Assembly: GCF_000143415.4 (NCBI RefSeq)
Contig: NW_003314342.1
Coordinates: 395,569 to 459,568, forward strand
Reading direction: 5' to 3'
DNA length: 64,000 bases
DNA from: Selaginella moellendorffii
Lineage: Eukaryota > Plantae > Lycopodiophyta
In this document: in pieces, positions 1-10,636 of the stretch
How the letters are laid out: the number at the start of each line of letters is the position of its first letter
Numbering within the stretch: the stretch's first letter is position 1
The notes under the pieces: generated by a model
The model's database searches: none
Told to the model about the DNA's origin: nothing
The model's input: only the letters and a program-made list of their open reading frames with translations
Position numbers and translations under genes: made by a program

Positions 1-1075
1 ATATTCTTCTCCTAGCTCATCCATCCGAGAGTTCTATCCAATAATGCTGGCTGGCTGAAGATGGATCGAGTGATGAATGAATGAATGGAAGAAGAAGCTT
101 CTTACGAAAACTATAAGAGGACGTGTGTAAGAAAAGAAGGAGAGATCAAGCGAACCTCTGGAAAATTCCAAACATGATTGATCCTTGCTGCGTTTGAGTT
201 GGCGTGCCTATCCATCACCTCGACAAAAATTTAAGTGAGGACAACAAGGAAAGAAGAATTGACGAATAGAACGTACGGTTGAATGTCTTGAGAGTTTTGC
301 TCCAACGATGAAAGCTGCCGCTCAACAAACAGGGAATAAAGCTGCGTGCTGCGTGCTCAAATCGTCAGAGTTTGTCTGATGGGAAGAAGCTCGCGAATTC
401 TGTTCATGCATGCCGAATGCTCTAGATAGATGCGGAATCCAAGGCTGAGAAGACGAAAGTTCGAAAGGTGATCTTGTAAAAGAATCTGTGGAAGAAGAGG
501 TATGAGTAAATATCCAAGACCACGACAACGTACGTACGTATCACCGAAGATGGTCGATGTTTTGCCGTCGCTTTCCCAGTCAGAAGACGCTGTTAAAACA
601 AACCAAAGAGAATATTTTATGCACCAATCAGTCCTGTCCTGATCACCAAACCCACGCTTGAGCATCGAAGAAGATTAAAAAATGTCCTACAACACACAGC
701 AAACAAAAAACAAAGAAATGAGAATTTCGGTAGCTAACAAGACTCGAAAGCAACAACCAAAACCGACCTTGATTCTTCATCGTCAACATCTTGACTCGAA
801 AAACAAAACTCTAGAACTTTCGAACTTGGACAAGCATCGCTAGGCCCATACCTGTGGATTCCACAAAACCAGCTTAGACCCGGTGCTTCTCAACTTAATA
901 TCACCTTACCAATGCCAGAACTCCACCTCCCAGAGCAGCTTCATCGCCATCCCAAACTACGTTAAAGGCTTTCCTGAATCCGACAATTATAAAGCTAATC
1001 TAAGGCTAGACCTCTGGTGGTCGAGTTTTTCCACTTTGTTCCACTTGCCGCAAACGTGAAGCAATTGGATCCACA
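1..1075 (-). CDS. Probable multi-exon gene of unknown function, likely running off the left edge
   Basis: Several short GT..AG-bounded coding-like segments on the minus strand (e.g. DWESDGKTSTIFGD, DSFTRSPFELSSSQPW). No family recognised and boundaries uncertain. Confidence 0.3.
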
Positions 1076-1362
1076 GGAATTCCAATTCTTCCATTTCCTT
1101 CTGCGAAAAAGAAATACGTCAAGCAAAGATCAAACGTAAAATCAATGGACGTACCTTCACTAGTGCGCGAAGGCTCGAGAAGTCAAGAGATTGTTTCCTG
1201 GACAAAGAAAACTGGAGAAACACAATATACATATATAAGCCGACACGATTCACAGATATCATCTTTATACGCCTCAAAAAATGGTGTGAAGTGTTAGCAT
1301 ACTTAGCTACATAGAAACGCCGCATGGTCGATAAGACAGCTGAAGAGCTCACTGCTGCTTCT

Positions 1363-3147
1363 TCAGTGTCCAAAGTTGCACATCTGAACTAATTCCATGT
1401 CGTAATCCACGTACCTCGTCCAAAACTCCCGGTACTGGTTCATGGCTAGATCCAGCCACGGCTTCATATTCCCGTTGAAGTGAATCACCGCTGCGCTCCT
1501 GATCTTCTCCAAGCTGATGCTCGGGTTGTATCCCAGGCCCAGGACGTGCCACGATTTGTCCAGAGGCTTGGTCGTCTTGTAGAAGGTGATGAGCCCCGGC
1601 GGCAGGGTTCCAAGCTTCCAAAGACTGCGGTTCTCATTCTGCAAAGAACAAGCTGGGTACATTCAACGATATTTTTTTTTTTACCTTGGATTGCCAGTAA
1701 TGATACTCTTCGGTGCACTTCTCTCGCCTCCAAGCATTCAAGTCGAAGAAATTCATCCCGTATGCCCAGCCACAAGCCTTGGGATTGAATCGGGACGCGA
1801 TGAGAGGGTGCGAGAAGTTCATGTACTTGTCATATCTGTGGAAGGAACCAAAGCACGTCTCCACCGCTCCATTCACCTTCCCGTCCATGTCGATCTCCCA
1901 CAGCCCTGTCAGATCCTTCTGCACCACCACGTCGTCGTCGAGGAAGAGTATCCTGTCCAGCTTGGGATACATCTCCGGCAAGTAGAAGCGGAGATGGTTG
2001 AGCATCGACAGATACTTCGGGTTGCGAAACTTCATATTGGTCGCGTCCTTGGTCGCGTTCTCCATCTTGTTCTCAAAGTAGAAGCGCTGCAAGTTGGCCG
2101 ACTCGAGCTGCTTGAGCACCGGTACGTAGGACGAGTTGAGAAACTTGTAGTCCTCCACGGCCTTCACTTCGATGTGAGCTTTCTCCGGCTTTCTCATCGT
2201 AAACCACACTTTCATGGCTCCCAAGTTCATCTTATCCGTCACCACGTGAAATACGTGCTTCTCGGGCTCTCGAGCATGCTTCACGGCTGAGTTCACCACC
2301 ACCGACGCCGCGATCACGTTGTCCGAAAAGATCGCATAGTGGAACAGCGATGGATCTTCCAGCTCGGGGGCAGGCTCCGGACCATCAACGTAGCGCTCCG
2401 GATGTGAAACTCTCTCCTCCATGAGCCTCATCGTCAGGCAATGCAAGCTCTTGGGCACTGACTTGGCAGCAATGAGGCTCGCGAAAGCTCCCTGCTTCTT
2501 GGCTCTCGTGAGCTGCTCGTTCACCTGGAAGATGGTGTCCTTAAGCTTCTGGATCTTGAGCTGGTTGTCAAAGAGCTCCTTGGAATCCATCATGAGTTGC
2601 CGCGTCACCCGCAATCTCTCCCTCAAATCCCTCTCGAAGGCCCTGAGAGCTTCCGGATCCACTGCGCCGCCATTGCTATCTATCAAACCCCGGTTCTCTG
2701 GCCTCGCCAGTAACTCCGTGTAGTTCCTGGCCTGATCCGTGAAGATTCTCACCTGTCTCGCCACATCAAGCTTGCCTCGCCTCGCGTACGCGGCGTAGGC
2801 ATTCACCACCGCCAGCTGATCCTTCGCTTGCTTGACAAGACTCTCCGCCCTCGCCCGGAGTGGATCTTGTCTCGATCTGAGCGCCAAGATCGTGCGCTTC
2901 ATGTAGAATCGCAAATGGCTGGGGTAGGCATCGCTCGCCTCGGCGCTCACCTGGATTCCACCACAGATTTGAGCGCGCTCCCCAGATTTTGCAAGAAAAC
3001 GACAGGATCACTCACCGCATACGATGCCGGGGTCTCGCCGTAGATCAGCGCCCCGGTTGTGATGAAGAGAACCACCAGCATTGTTGGAACGATCGCTCGG
3101 TAGGCCAGAGGCTTGACTCTGTTCATCCGAAGCCCCCGCCCCGCCAT
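1363..3147 (-). CDS. GAUT8: Galacturonosyltransferase (GT8), GAUT8/QUASIMODO1-like. Exons 3147-3016, 2950-1685, 1638-1363
   Basis: N-terminal TM anchor; motifs KSLHCLTMRL, HYAIFSDNV, FRNPKYLSMLNHLRFYLPE, ILFLDDDVVV, WKLGTLPPGL, HFNGNMKPW. Two GT-AG introns of 65 and 46 nt restore the frame. Confidence 0.93.
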
Positions 3148-3433
3148 TGCAGCTCCAAGCGCCGGAATCTCACCGAGGGAAGAATCTTGCGTCAATCCAA
3201 GCTACATCGGTGCGAGAAATATCGCCTGCCGCGGCAACGCTACTCGCGGCGCCAAGCAATGCTCTTGGACGCCATAGCCGCGTAACAGCGATCAACCTAG
3301 CGTTCGATACCTGGCAGCTAAAACATTAACTGACAAGGTCGCCAGTTCGAATACTGTAAAAAACAACATTTCCATTGCATCCAAGCCGTTCGAATCTAAC
3401 GGTAGATGCCCAGAAAAGGCAATTGCTACCATG

Positions 3434-5218
3434 TCAAGGAACCTCTATTTCGCTGGCAAAGGAGCAAACGTTACTAAGCAGAGAATATGCGGCCGAGTTA
3501 TGGGAATCAAACTCGGTCACTCTAGATGCCACCAATGCACCAGTGCGAATATCCCCTTGCGTCTTGGAAGCTCCAAGCAATGCCGTCCATTCCACTTCCA
3601 TGGGATTGTACGGAAGGCTCTCCACCAGATCCATGGCATCTTTAATCTGACCAGCCCGTCCCAGCACGTCAACCACGCAGCAAAAGTGCATTGCCGAAGC
3701 TGGGATGCCATGGTCCCAGACCATACTGCCAAAACAGCTTCGGGCATCCTCCAGGCCACCGACATAGCTAATCCCGGCAAGGACCGAAGCAAATGTGGTC
3801 TGGTTCGGCCTGATTCCAAGGAGGTTCGACTGGCAAAGGAATCGAGATATCTGGAGCATATTCCCGGTTTGGGCATATACTTGTAAGACGGCATTGCAGC
3901 ACAGTACGTTTTGATATGGCATTTTGTTGAAAAGATTGATTGCTTGACCTACATTTCCAGAATCACCCACAAGCAAGATCAAGATCGACCAGGAGAACTC
4001 ATCGTGCTGAGGCATACTTGTAAAGACACTGAAAGATTCCTCGAGATTCTTGGTCCTGGCATATGCATCAAGAATAACATTCCACGAGTGTGTGCTGCGA
4101 TATGGCATTTTGTCAAAGAGGTCTTTTGCTGTTGTTAGATTCATCGCATCTCTGTAAGCTTTGAGCATGGAGTTCCAGGCCATGGTGCTGTGCTGGGGAA
4201 AATACCCAAGAATCTTCTCTGCCACGTCGACACGCCCAGCGTGGGCATATGACATCAGCAGGGTATTCCACGTCACGCAATTCCTCTCTGGCATCTTTTC
4301 AAAGAGAAACCTCGCTTTTTCAAGATACCCAGAGCGGGCATATGCCGTAACAATGGATGTCCACGTCACCACTGAGTGTGCTGGCGATTTTTCGAATACC
4401 CCAAACGCTTCTTGGATCAGACCAAACTCTGCGAGAAACTGGAGCATCGCATTGACAGCAACAACGTCCCATTGGAGAATTGACGAGATGACGCTTTGAC
4501 CCCGATCAAAATCACCGACAAGAGAAAATCCAGAAATCACGGACGTGCAACTCACTGCATTGTGTGCTGGCATTCTCTCAAACAAGTTTGCTGCTTCCTC
4601 AACGAGCTCCCAATCCACGTAGCCTTGCAAAAGTGTGTTCCATGAAACTATATCTCGATGGGACGCACTCTCAAATAGATCTCGAGCCTTGTCCAGGTTG
4701 CCATTCTGCAAAAACACCCAAATCAAAGCATTGCAGGTAATTTCGGAATTGAATTTTTCAAAATCCATGAAATCAAGCATATGCCCAGCTTGGGTATGTG
4801 CTGATACGATAGAATTCCAAGTGGCACTGTTCCAGGCAGGCATTCTAGTAAACGTATCTAGAGCCGATTCTAAATCCTTGTATGATTCAAAAAATGTGAT
4901 TAGTGTGGTCCAAGAGTATATATTTCTTTCGCTCATTTGATCAAAAAAGGACTTTGCAGAAACAATATGCCCGTTTTGGGCATATGCAGTAAGCAAAATA
5001 GTTGTCGAGAAAACATTTGGTTCTTTAATGCTCTCAAAAGCGGCTTTTGCCTCTCGCATTTGGCCGCACTTTCCGTACATCTCCACCAAGAGATTTGCAA
5101 CGAGACGATCATTCTCGTGATGCGTTCCTCGGATTTGGTCGTGGATCTGTTTGGCCAGGACGGGATTTCGCGCATTCCCGCAAGACTTCACCAGCTGGAT
5201 GCAAGTTGACACATTCAT
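3434..5218 (-). CDS. PLS-class PPR protein with E domain, no DYW
   Basis: Intronless ORF of tandem PPR motifs (LVEMYGKCG, SWNTLL) ending HFCCVVDVLGRAG..WTALLGAS..SAAYSLLSN. First ATG is at 5218; the ORF-track start at 5290 is GTG. Confidence 0.92.
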   Translation of the reverse strand: MNVSTCIQLVKSCGNARNPVLAKQIHDQIRGTHHENDRLVANLLVEMYGKCGQMREAKAAFESIKEPNVFSTTILLTAYAQNGHIVSAKSFFDQMSERNIYSWTTLITFFESYKDLESALDTFTRMPAWNSATWNSIVSAHTQAGHMLDFMDFEKFNSEITCNALIWVFLQNGNLDKARDLFESASHRDIVSWNTLLQGYVDWELVEEAANLFERMPAHNAVSCTSVISGFSLVGDFDRGQSVISSILQWDVVAVNAMLQFLAEFGLIQEAFGVFEKSPAHSVVTWTSIVTAYARSGYLEKARFLFEKMPERNCVTWNTLLMSYAHAGRVDVAEKILGYFPQHSTMAWNSMLKAYRDAMNLTTAKDLFDKMPYRSTHSWNVILDAYARTKNLEESFSVFTSMPQHDEFSWSILILLVGDSGNVGQAINLFNKMPYQNVLCCNAVLQVYAQTGNMLQISRFLCQSNLLGIRPNQTTFASVLAGISYVGGLEDARSCFGSMVWDHGIPASAMHFCCVVDVLGRAGQIKDAMDLVESLPYNPMEVEWTALLGASKTQGDIRTGALVASRVTEFDSHNSAAYSLLSNVCSFASEIEVP

Positions 5219-5284
5219 GCTAGACAAAGCTGTCCAGAACACGAGAACACTGGTGTACGGTAGACCATCTTTCTCGAGCAGAGA

Positions 5285-6886
5285 ATGCACGCAATCAGGC
5301 GTGCCAAGTCCAAGGCGATGTTCCTCCCGGGAAGTCCGTACCAGCTAGAGCTCGAGGAGGCAGAAAAGAAGCTACGATCGATCGAAGAGGTCACCGCTTA
5401 CACCCAGATGCTCCGATCGTGTCGCGACTCGACCCGAGCGAGAGAAATCCACGCAGACATCACAAGATCCGAGCACGCCCACAACACATTCCTCGCCAAT
5501 CTCACCGTGGAGATGTACGGCAAGTGCGCCGAGCTTGATCTCGCCCGCGAGGCGTTTGATCGGATCTTTCAGCCGAATCTTTACTCCGCGACCATCATGC
5601 TCGACGCATATGCCCGCAACGGGCATATGCTTCAAGCCCAGCGGATATTCGACGCCATGGAGGTTCGCAATGTGGTCGCCTGGACGGCCATGGTATCTGG
5701 ATATTCTCGTTCAGGGCATCTTGCCCAAGCTAGGTGCGTGTTTGATAGAATGCCGTACAGGAATGTGGTCACGTGGAACGCCATTTTGGCGGCATATTCG
5801 GCGGACTCGGATCTTTTCGCGATGGAGTGCTTGTACGGTGAGATTCCAGAACCCGATATTTTCACTGGAAACATTATAATATCCGCATATGCCCAATCAG
5901 GGAATCTTGCATCTGTCGAAAAAACACTTGATACCATGAAAACAAGGGACGTATTTACGTGGAATGGATTAATCCTTGCGTGTAGCACTTCTTGGCACAT
6001 CCAGGAAGCAAAGCGGATATTCGAGCTAATGCCAAAGAGGGATCTAGTATCGTATAATACCGTGCTTTCGGCATATGCCCTTTTTGGGCATCTTGACGAG
6101 ATTCACGAGGTGTTTGTGACGATGCCAAGCCGGGACGTTGCCACGTGGACGGCCCTGATCGCGGCGTACGGGCAGGCCGGCTACGCGAGGGACGCATCTG
6201 AAGCGTTCAATCGCATGCCTGTGCACGACATCGTCGCGTCCAACGCTCTCCTTCATGCATTTGCCCAGAACGGGCATCTTGACGAGGGAGAAGCGTTCTT
6301 CAATCGCTCGAGGGATCGCAACGTCGCGACGATCAACACGATGATCTCGGCGTACGCGAGCAGGGGCCGTTTGATTCCGGCCAGGACGCTTTTCGAGGCG
6401 ATGCATCATCGCGACATCGTGTCGTGGAACGCGATGATCAAGGGCAGCGCGCACAGCGGCGAGGGGCTGTGGGCGCTGGAGCTCTTCCGGGCGATGGAGC
6501 TGGAGGGATTTCGCGCGGACGAGACGACGATGGTGGGCGTGCTCATGGCGTGCGCTCGGGCGGGTCTCGTGGAAGACGCGCGGATCTACTTCGCGGCCAT
6601 GGGCGAGGATCGGCGATTGCGCCGCCAGGAGGAGCACTACTGCTGCATGATCGATGCGCTGGGCCGATCCGGGCGCACTGGCGAGGCCGAGGAGCTCATC
6701 GATTCCATGCCATTCGAGCCGCGCGGAGTGGCGTGGTCGACGCTGCTGGCCGCGAGTAGAGCTCACGGCGATGCTCGCCGGGCGGATCGAGCAACGCGAT
6801 GCCTGGCGAAGCTAGAGAGCGCGGATTCCAGCCCCGCGGTAATCGATCGAATCGAGGAAGTGCCACTCCCGCCCAAGAAGCTCTAG
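5285..6886 (+). CDS. PLS-class PPR protein with partial E domain, no DYW
   Basis: Intronless 533-aa ORF with PPR motifs and HYCCMIDALGRSG..AWSTLLAASRAHGD. The start could be 5285 or 5318. Confidence 0.92.
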   Translation: MHAIRRAKSKAMFLPGSPYQLELEEAEKKLRSIEEVTAYTQMLRSCRDSTRAREIHADITRSEHAHNTFLANLTVEMYGKCAELDLAREAFDRIFQPNLYSATIMLDAYARNGHMLQAQRIFDAMEVRNVVAWTAMVSGYSRSGHLAQARCVFDRMPYRNVVTWNAILAAYSADSDLFAMECLYGEIPEPDIFTGNIIISAYAQSGNLASVEKTLDTMKTRDVFTWNGLILACSTSWHIQEAKRIFELMPKRDLVSYNTVLSAYALFGHLDEIHEVFVTMPSRDVATWTALIAAYGQAGYARDASEAFNRMPVHDIVASNALLHAFAQNGHLDEGEAFFNRSRDRNVATINTMISAYASRGRLIPARTLFEAMHHRDIVSWNAMIKGSAHSGEGLWALELFRAMELEGFRADETTMVGVLMACARAGLVEDARIYFAAMGEDRRLRRQEEHYCCMIDALGRSGRTGEAEELIDSMPFEPRGVAWSTLLAASRAHGDARRADRATRCLAKLESADSSPAVIDRIEEVPLPPKKL

Positions 6887-6896
6887 AAGTTCTAGG

Positions 6897-6912
6897 CTAG
6901 GGTTTATGGGCC
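6897..6912 (+). promoter_or_regulatory. Telo-box-like (CTAGGGTTT) plus site II (TGGGCC) motifs just upstream of RMI2
   Basis: ctagggtttatgggcc lies directly before the ATG at 6914. Similar telo-like motifs occur near the NDUFAF7 (~14367) and ATG18/PPR (~51409) starts. Confidence 0.4.
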
Positions 6913-6913
6913 A

Positions 6914-7300
6914 ATGGATTATAGCCTCGCGGCGCCAAAGCTCTTGGTCAGCGATCTCGCAAGGGCGAGCACGGGCGCTAGCGCGGCAAGATCTCCCATC
7001 ACCACCATTGGAGCTCTTCGATTTCAGCGTGTCTGGATCCAGGTAGTTCCCCATGGATGAATCGCGATGCTAGAATCGATTTCCAGGGCGTGATCGTAGA
7101 TTGGAGAGGAAATTCCTTGGCTCTCGACGATGGCAGCGCGATTGTGGAGCTACATTTCCCGGATGCCGAGGATAAGCGCTCGTCAAAACCTGGTGAGCTT
7201 GTTCTACGTGCTCTTGGAGTTTTACTTGGATTTTTTTTACCAGGCATGTACATGCTCATAGCCGGGGCTTACAATCCAGCAGAGAAGAAGATCACGGTAA

Positions 7301-7341
<41 letters not shown>

Positions 7342-7542
7342 GGTAATGTGATCTATCTCCTTGAGTTTTCTCGAATCGTTTTGATCATCTCTCTCTCGAT
7401 CGATATCGATCTAAACTTTGTCTTCCAGGTTCACAAGCTCGTGGATCTCTCCTCCTCGCCCAACGCCGAGTCCTTCTGGAGCTTCGAAGTGATCGAAGCA
7501 TACCATATGTTTTATAAAAGCCAAATGGACGAACCAACCTGA
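6914..7542 (+). CDS. RMI2: RecQ-mediated genome instability protein 2 (OB fold). Exons 6914-7042, 7087-7192, 7244-7296, 7429-7542
   Basis: Spliced product MDYSLAAPKL..RFQRVWIQGV..LDDGSAIVEL..GMYMLIAG..VHKLVDLS..FWSFEVIEAY matches plant RMI2 as recalled. Three canonical GT-AG introns. Confidence 0.88.
7303..7338. repeat. (TC)n microsatellite in RMI2 intron 3
   Basis: Direct reading of the TC run. Confidence 0.95.
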
Positions 7543-7739
7543 AGAACACCAAGAAAAGAAGAAGGTGCGTTATCTTTTACAGAGGCCTATCTTTTACAGA
7601 GGCCTGCTGGCGGATTGAAGTTATCAATCTTTCGATCTATATACTTCCGATGATCGCTGCGAAACAGAAAGAAGACGATCAATAGAAATCAAATCAGTGA
7701 AGCAAACAAAGCCCTTACCTTTAGTGATCGTATAAGCAC

Positions 7740-9300
7740 TCATTGCTTGAGCAATGCCGTGCTCTTCTTGCGTACTCGCTCCGCGTGTGATGTTGCTGTA
7801 ATCGCGCACTCCACTATGCCCGCGCATTCGGCCACTTCTTCTTCGTCTTCTTCATCTTCCTTTTCATCTTGTGCTTCGTCTGGAAGATCTTTGAGCTTTG
7901 TGGAGTGAGGGGAATGGAGGTTGCCGCGAACTTGGCAGGCCTTCATCGTCTTGCAGTGCTCCCATTCGTCTTCTCGGATGTTGACAAACACGTCATAGAG
8001 ATTATCTGGATAAGGATTTTCCGCGGTGATTAGCGATAGAAAAACCAAAGTGGTAGACTTGATAAGTACCGACTCTTGGCCGTCGTGTTTCAGGAAGCCT
8101 GTCTGTTTGGAACTCGTCTGGGAACAGGACGCGATTTTTAGAGACCTGGACAGTTTTGAGACTTTGTCTACTTACCAAACATGTAAAGGTCGCCTTTCGT
8201 GTAGTAATCCACGGCAACCTGTGGAGCGGGAAGCTTCTTTAGCTCCTCTGCGCAAACGAAAGACAGCATTGGGATTATTTTGGAAAACTGTGAAGTTTTT
8301 CTTGACAGTACCTCCATGGGCCTTGATGAACTTGTCGTAAGTTGAGAACGCGTGTTTCTCCACGCATTCGGAGAAGTGATCTGCCATGCAAGTCAGTTCT
8401 AGCTAAAAATTCACGTCTAGATTCTTACATGCCATGCGTGGACTGATGGTGTACATAAGCGAAGTGAGGAAGTAGTAAGCTACGGCGATGTGTTGAGCGA
8501 GGAAGCGATCAAACCATCGCTCATCTCCACCCAAAGCCTGGATGAATCTCAAAGAAAGAATGGTGATTTTAAGCAAAACTAAAACGCGAGAAAAGATCTT
8601 ACCTCCATGACGAGTAAGTGATGGAGCTCATTCCAGCTCTCAGCGAAATGTACTTTGAGATAGTCTGCTCGTCTCCACCACCCGAAACTCTCATACATGT
8701 GAAGAACAGACACAAAAGCTAGGAAACTTATCATCAGAAAGAGAGGGAAAAAAGCCACGAAAAAATAAAATACCGAAGTAAGGAACTCTTGCGATTGTTT
8801 CGAGAACGTAAAATCTTGCGTAGTCCCGGTCAGCATACAGTCGATCTAAGATTGCTATTACAAAATCCTGAAGAAAAGGAACGATCGATCACTAGAAGAA
8901 AATAAATCGGGACATCGGAGGAGTTTTAGTACCGTAGCGAACAGATTGAAACCTTGCTCCACCCGAATGATCCACGACTCGGGCTTGTCGGAGCTAGATG
9001 AGCTCGAGCTGCTCGCCAATCGAGCTTCTTCCTGTTGTTCTTCATTCCCTGGCAAAGATTCTGGCTCCTGCGATGCTGGCGCTGGCGAATTTGGCTTCTC
9101 TGTCAGCAATGTTGCCGAAATTCTTGCCGATTTCCTGCGATTGAGCGTGAGAGAGGGAAATATTACACGGAAGAACACAACCTCTTGCCGGCGATGAGCA
9201 AGGGAGAACTTCCCCGAGCTGGACGAAGCTGCGAGACGCCAGAAGAAGATCGTCCCAGCGCGAATGTGGCGCTAGACGCAGCGGCGGCAGTGGCGGCCAT
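7740..9300 (-). CDS. PTOX: Plastid terminal oxidase (PTOX/IMMUTANS), multi-exon
   Basis: Ser/Ala-rich transit peptide MAATAAAASSATF; diiron motifs YESFGWWRRADYLKVHFAESWNELHHL, HFSECVEKHAFSTY, NIREDEWEHCKTM. Confidence 0.93.
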
Positions 9301-9390
9301 CGCCGCTTTGCGACGAAGAGAACAAACTTGATCTTCCAAGAAGGAATATGCAAAGATATTTTTTTTAGGGTTCTAGCGATGGACAAGACA

Positions 9391-10543
9391 ATGGCGAGAG
9401 CCAAGCATGCGAGCTCTCGGCGGGGGCGACGCCGATTCTCGAGGGGCCATCGCAGCGTTCCCGGCGAATCGCAGCCTCTGGTGAGTCCGAGCGCCTGGGT
9501 TGGGTACGAGGATGTTCTTCCGCTGGAAGGAATCGTCGATGACGACGAGCAAGGGACGAAATCTAGGAGCCAGGGGCTGGATTACGCGGAGCTTCTAGCA
9601 CAGGATCCAGTGATCGGCACTGGAGACTTCTCAGGAGGTAGCAAAGAAAATATTTCTTTGTAGCTCGCTGCAAGACTGGGTTGTGTTTCTTTCCAGTGTT
9701 TTCTCGTGGATTGGATCCTTTCGAGGACGCATTCGCGGACCTCTACGCGTTCGACGATCCGGAAACCAGCACGGTATTCTTTTCCTTTCTAGTTTGATTG
9801 AAGAGACCATTGCTCTTCCAGGCTCCGTTTCTTTCTTTGGATTTAGAGCTCCTTGGCCAGCGCCTTGCCAAAGTGAGCTTGAAAAAAAGGCTCTTTCTCG
9901 ACGATGAGACGCTGCCTTCCGAGCTGGTACGCTAGTTCTTTGCTTCTTTTCTTTTTCTTAGTGTTTGATCTGACCGCCATTCTTGTAGCTCGTCTCGGAC
10001 GAAGAGGACACGAGTCCTAGAGACGGTGGTGACGTTCAAGAACAGGGAGCTACTTCTTCGCGGATTGACAAAGTCGATTCTCGGACAATGGATTTTCAAC
10101 GGGAGAACGTAGAAGGTACGAGAACTGAGGTCGAGGACGTCAAGAAATGGCTCGACACCGCATTGCAAGATCCCGAGAACGGCAGAGCCTTGTCGTTCAA
10201 AGACACGGTCACAGAGCAATCTTTTGTCCCGCAACGAGATGAAAGAGAGGCCGAACTGGATGCGCTGCTCGACTTGCTGGACAACGTCGCCATAGAAGAT
10301 AAAGAAGATGGTGTCAAGCTTGGCAAAGTCAGTGGTGGTGGCCTAGAGTTTCAGCTGGATGGGGATGAGCAAAGCTCCACTTTCATGTCGCAGAAAGATC
10401 TCGAGACTTTGCTGTGGTCTCCTCCCGAGCATGCGAAGCCCGATCCCTCCACCAGCGTATCATCTTTGGAGACGGAAAAGCGTGGGGTGACACCACCAGC
10501 TTTGGAAGAAGATTTCGACGCTTGGCTCGACTCGTTCGACTAA
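9391..10543 (+). CDS. CER16-like / Aven-like protein, multi-exon
   Basis: Basic N-terminus, PSAWVGYE..SQGLDYAELL (cf. PSNWDRY..KSKGADY), EAELDALLD, and C-terminal EEDFDAWLDSF. Confidence 0.6.
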
Positions 10544-10636
10544 GACGAGGTAGAATTTCTCACTTTCATGTTCTCTAGTATGTTAACTTCACTGTACAGG
10601 AAAGCTGATGTACACTTCGCGTTTCTTTTCGTCTTT

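Noticed and set aside
5285-5290. Apparent overlap of the start codons of the two PPR ORFs
   Set aside because: The minus ORF is called from a GTG. Its first ATG is at 5218, so the CDSs do not overlap.
7571-7604. 17-bp tandem duplication (tatcttttacagaggcc x2) in the RMI2/PTOX 3' region
   Set aside because: It is real, but most simply a slippage event with no sign of function.
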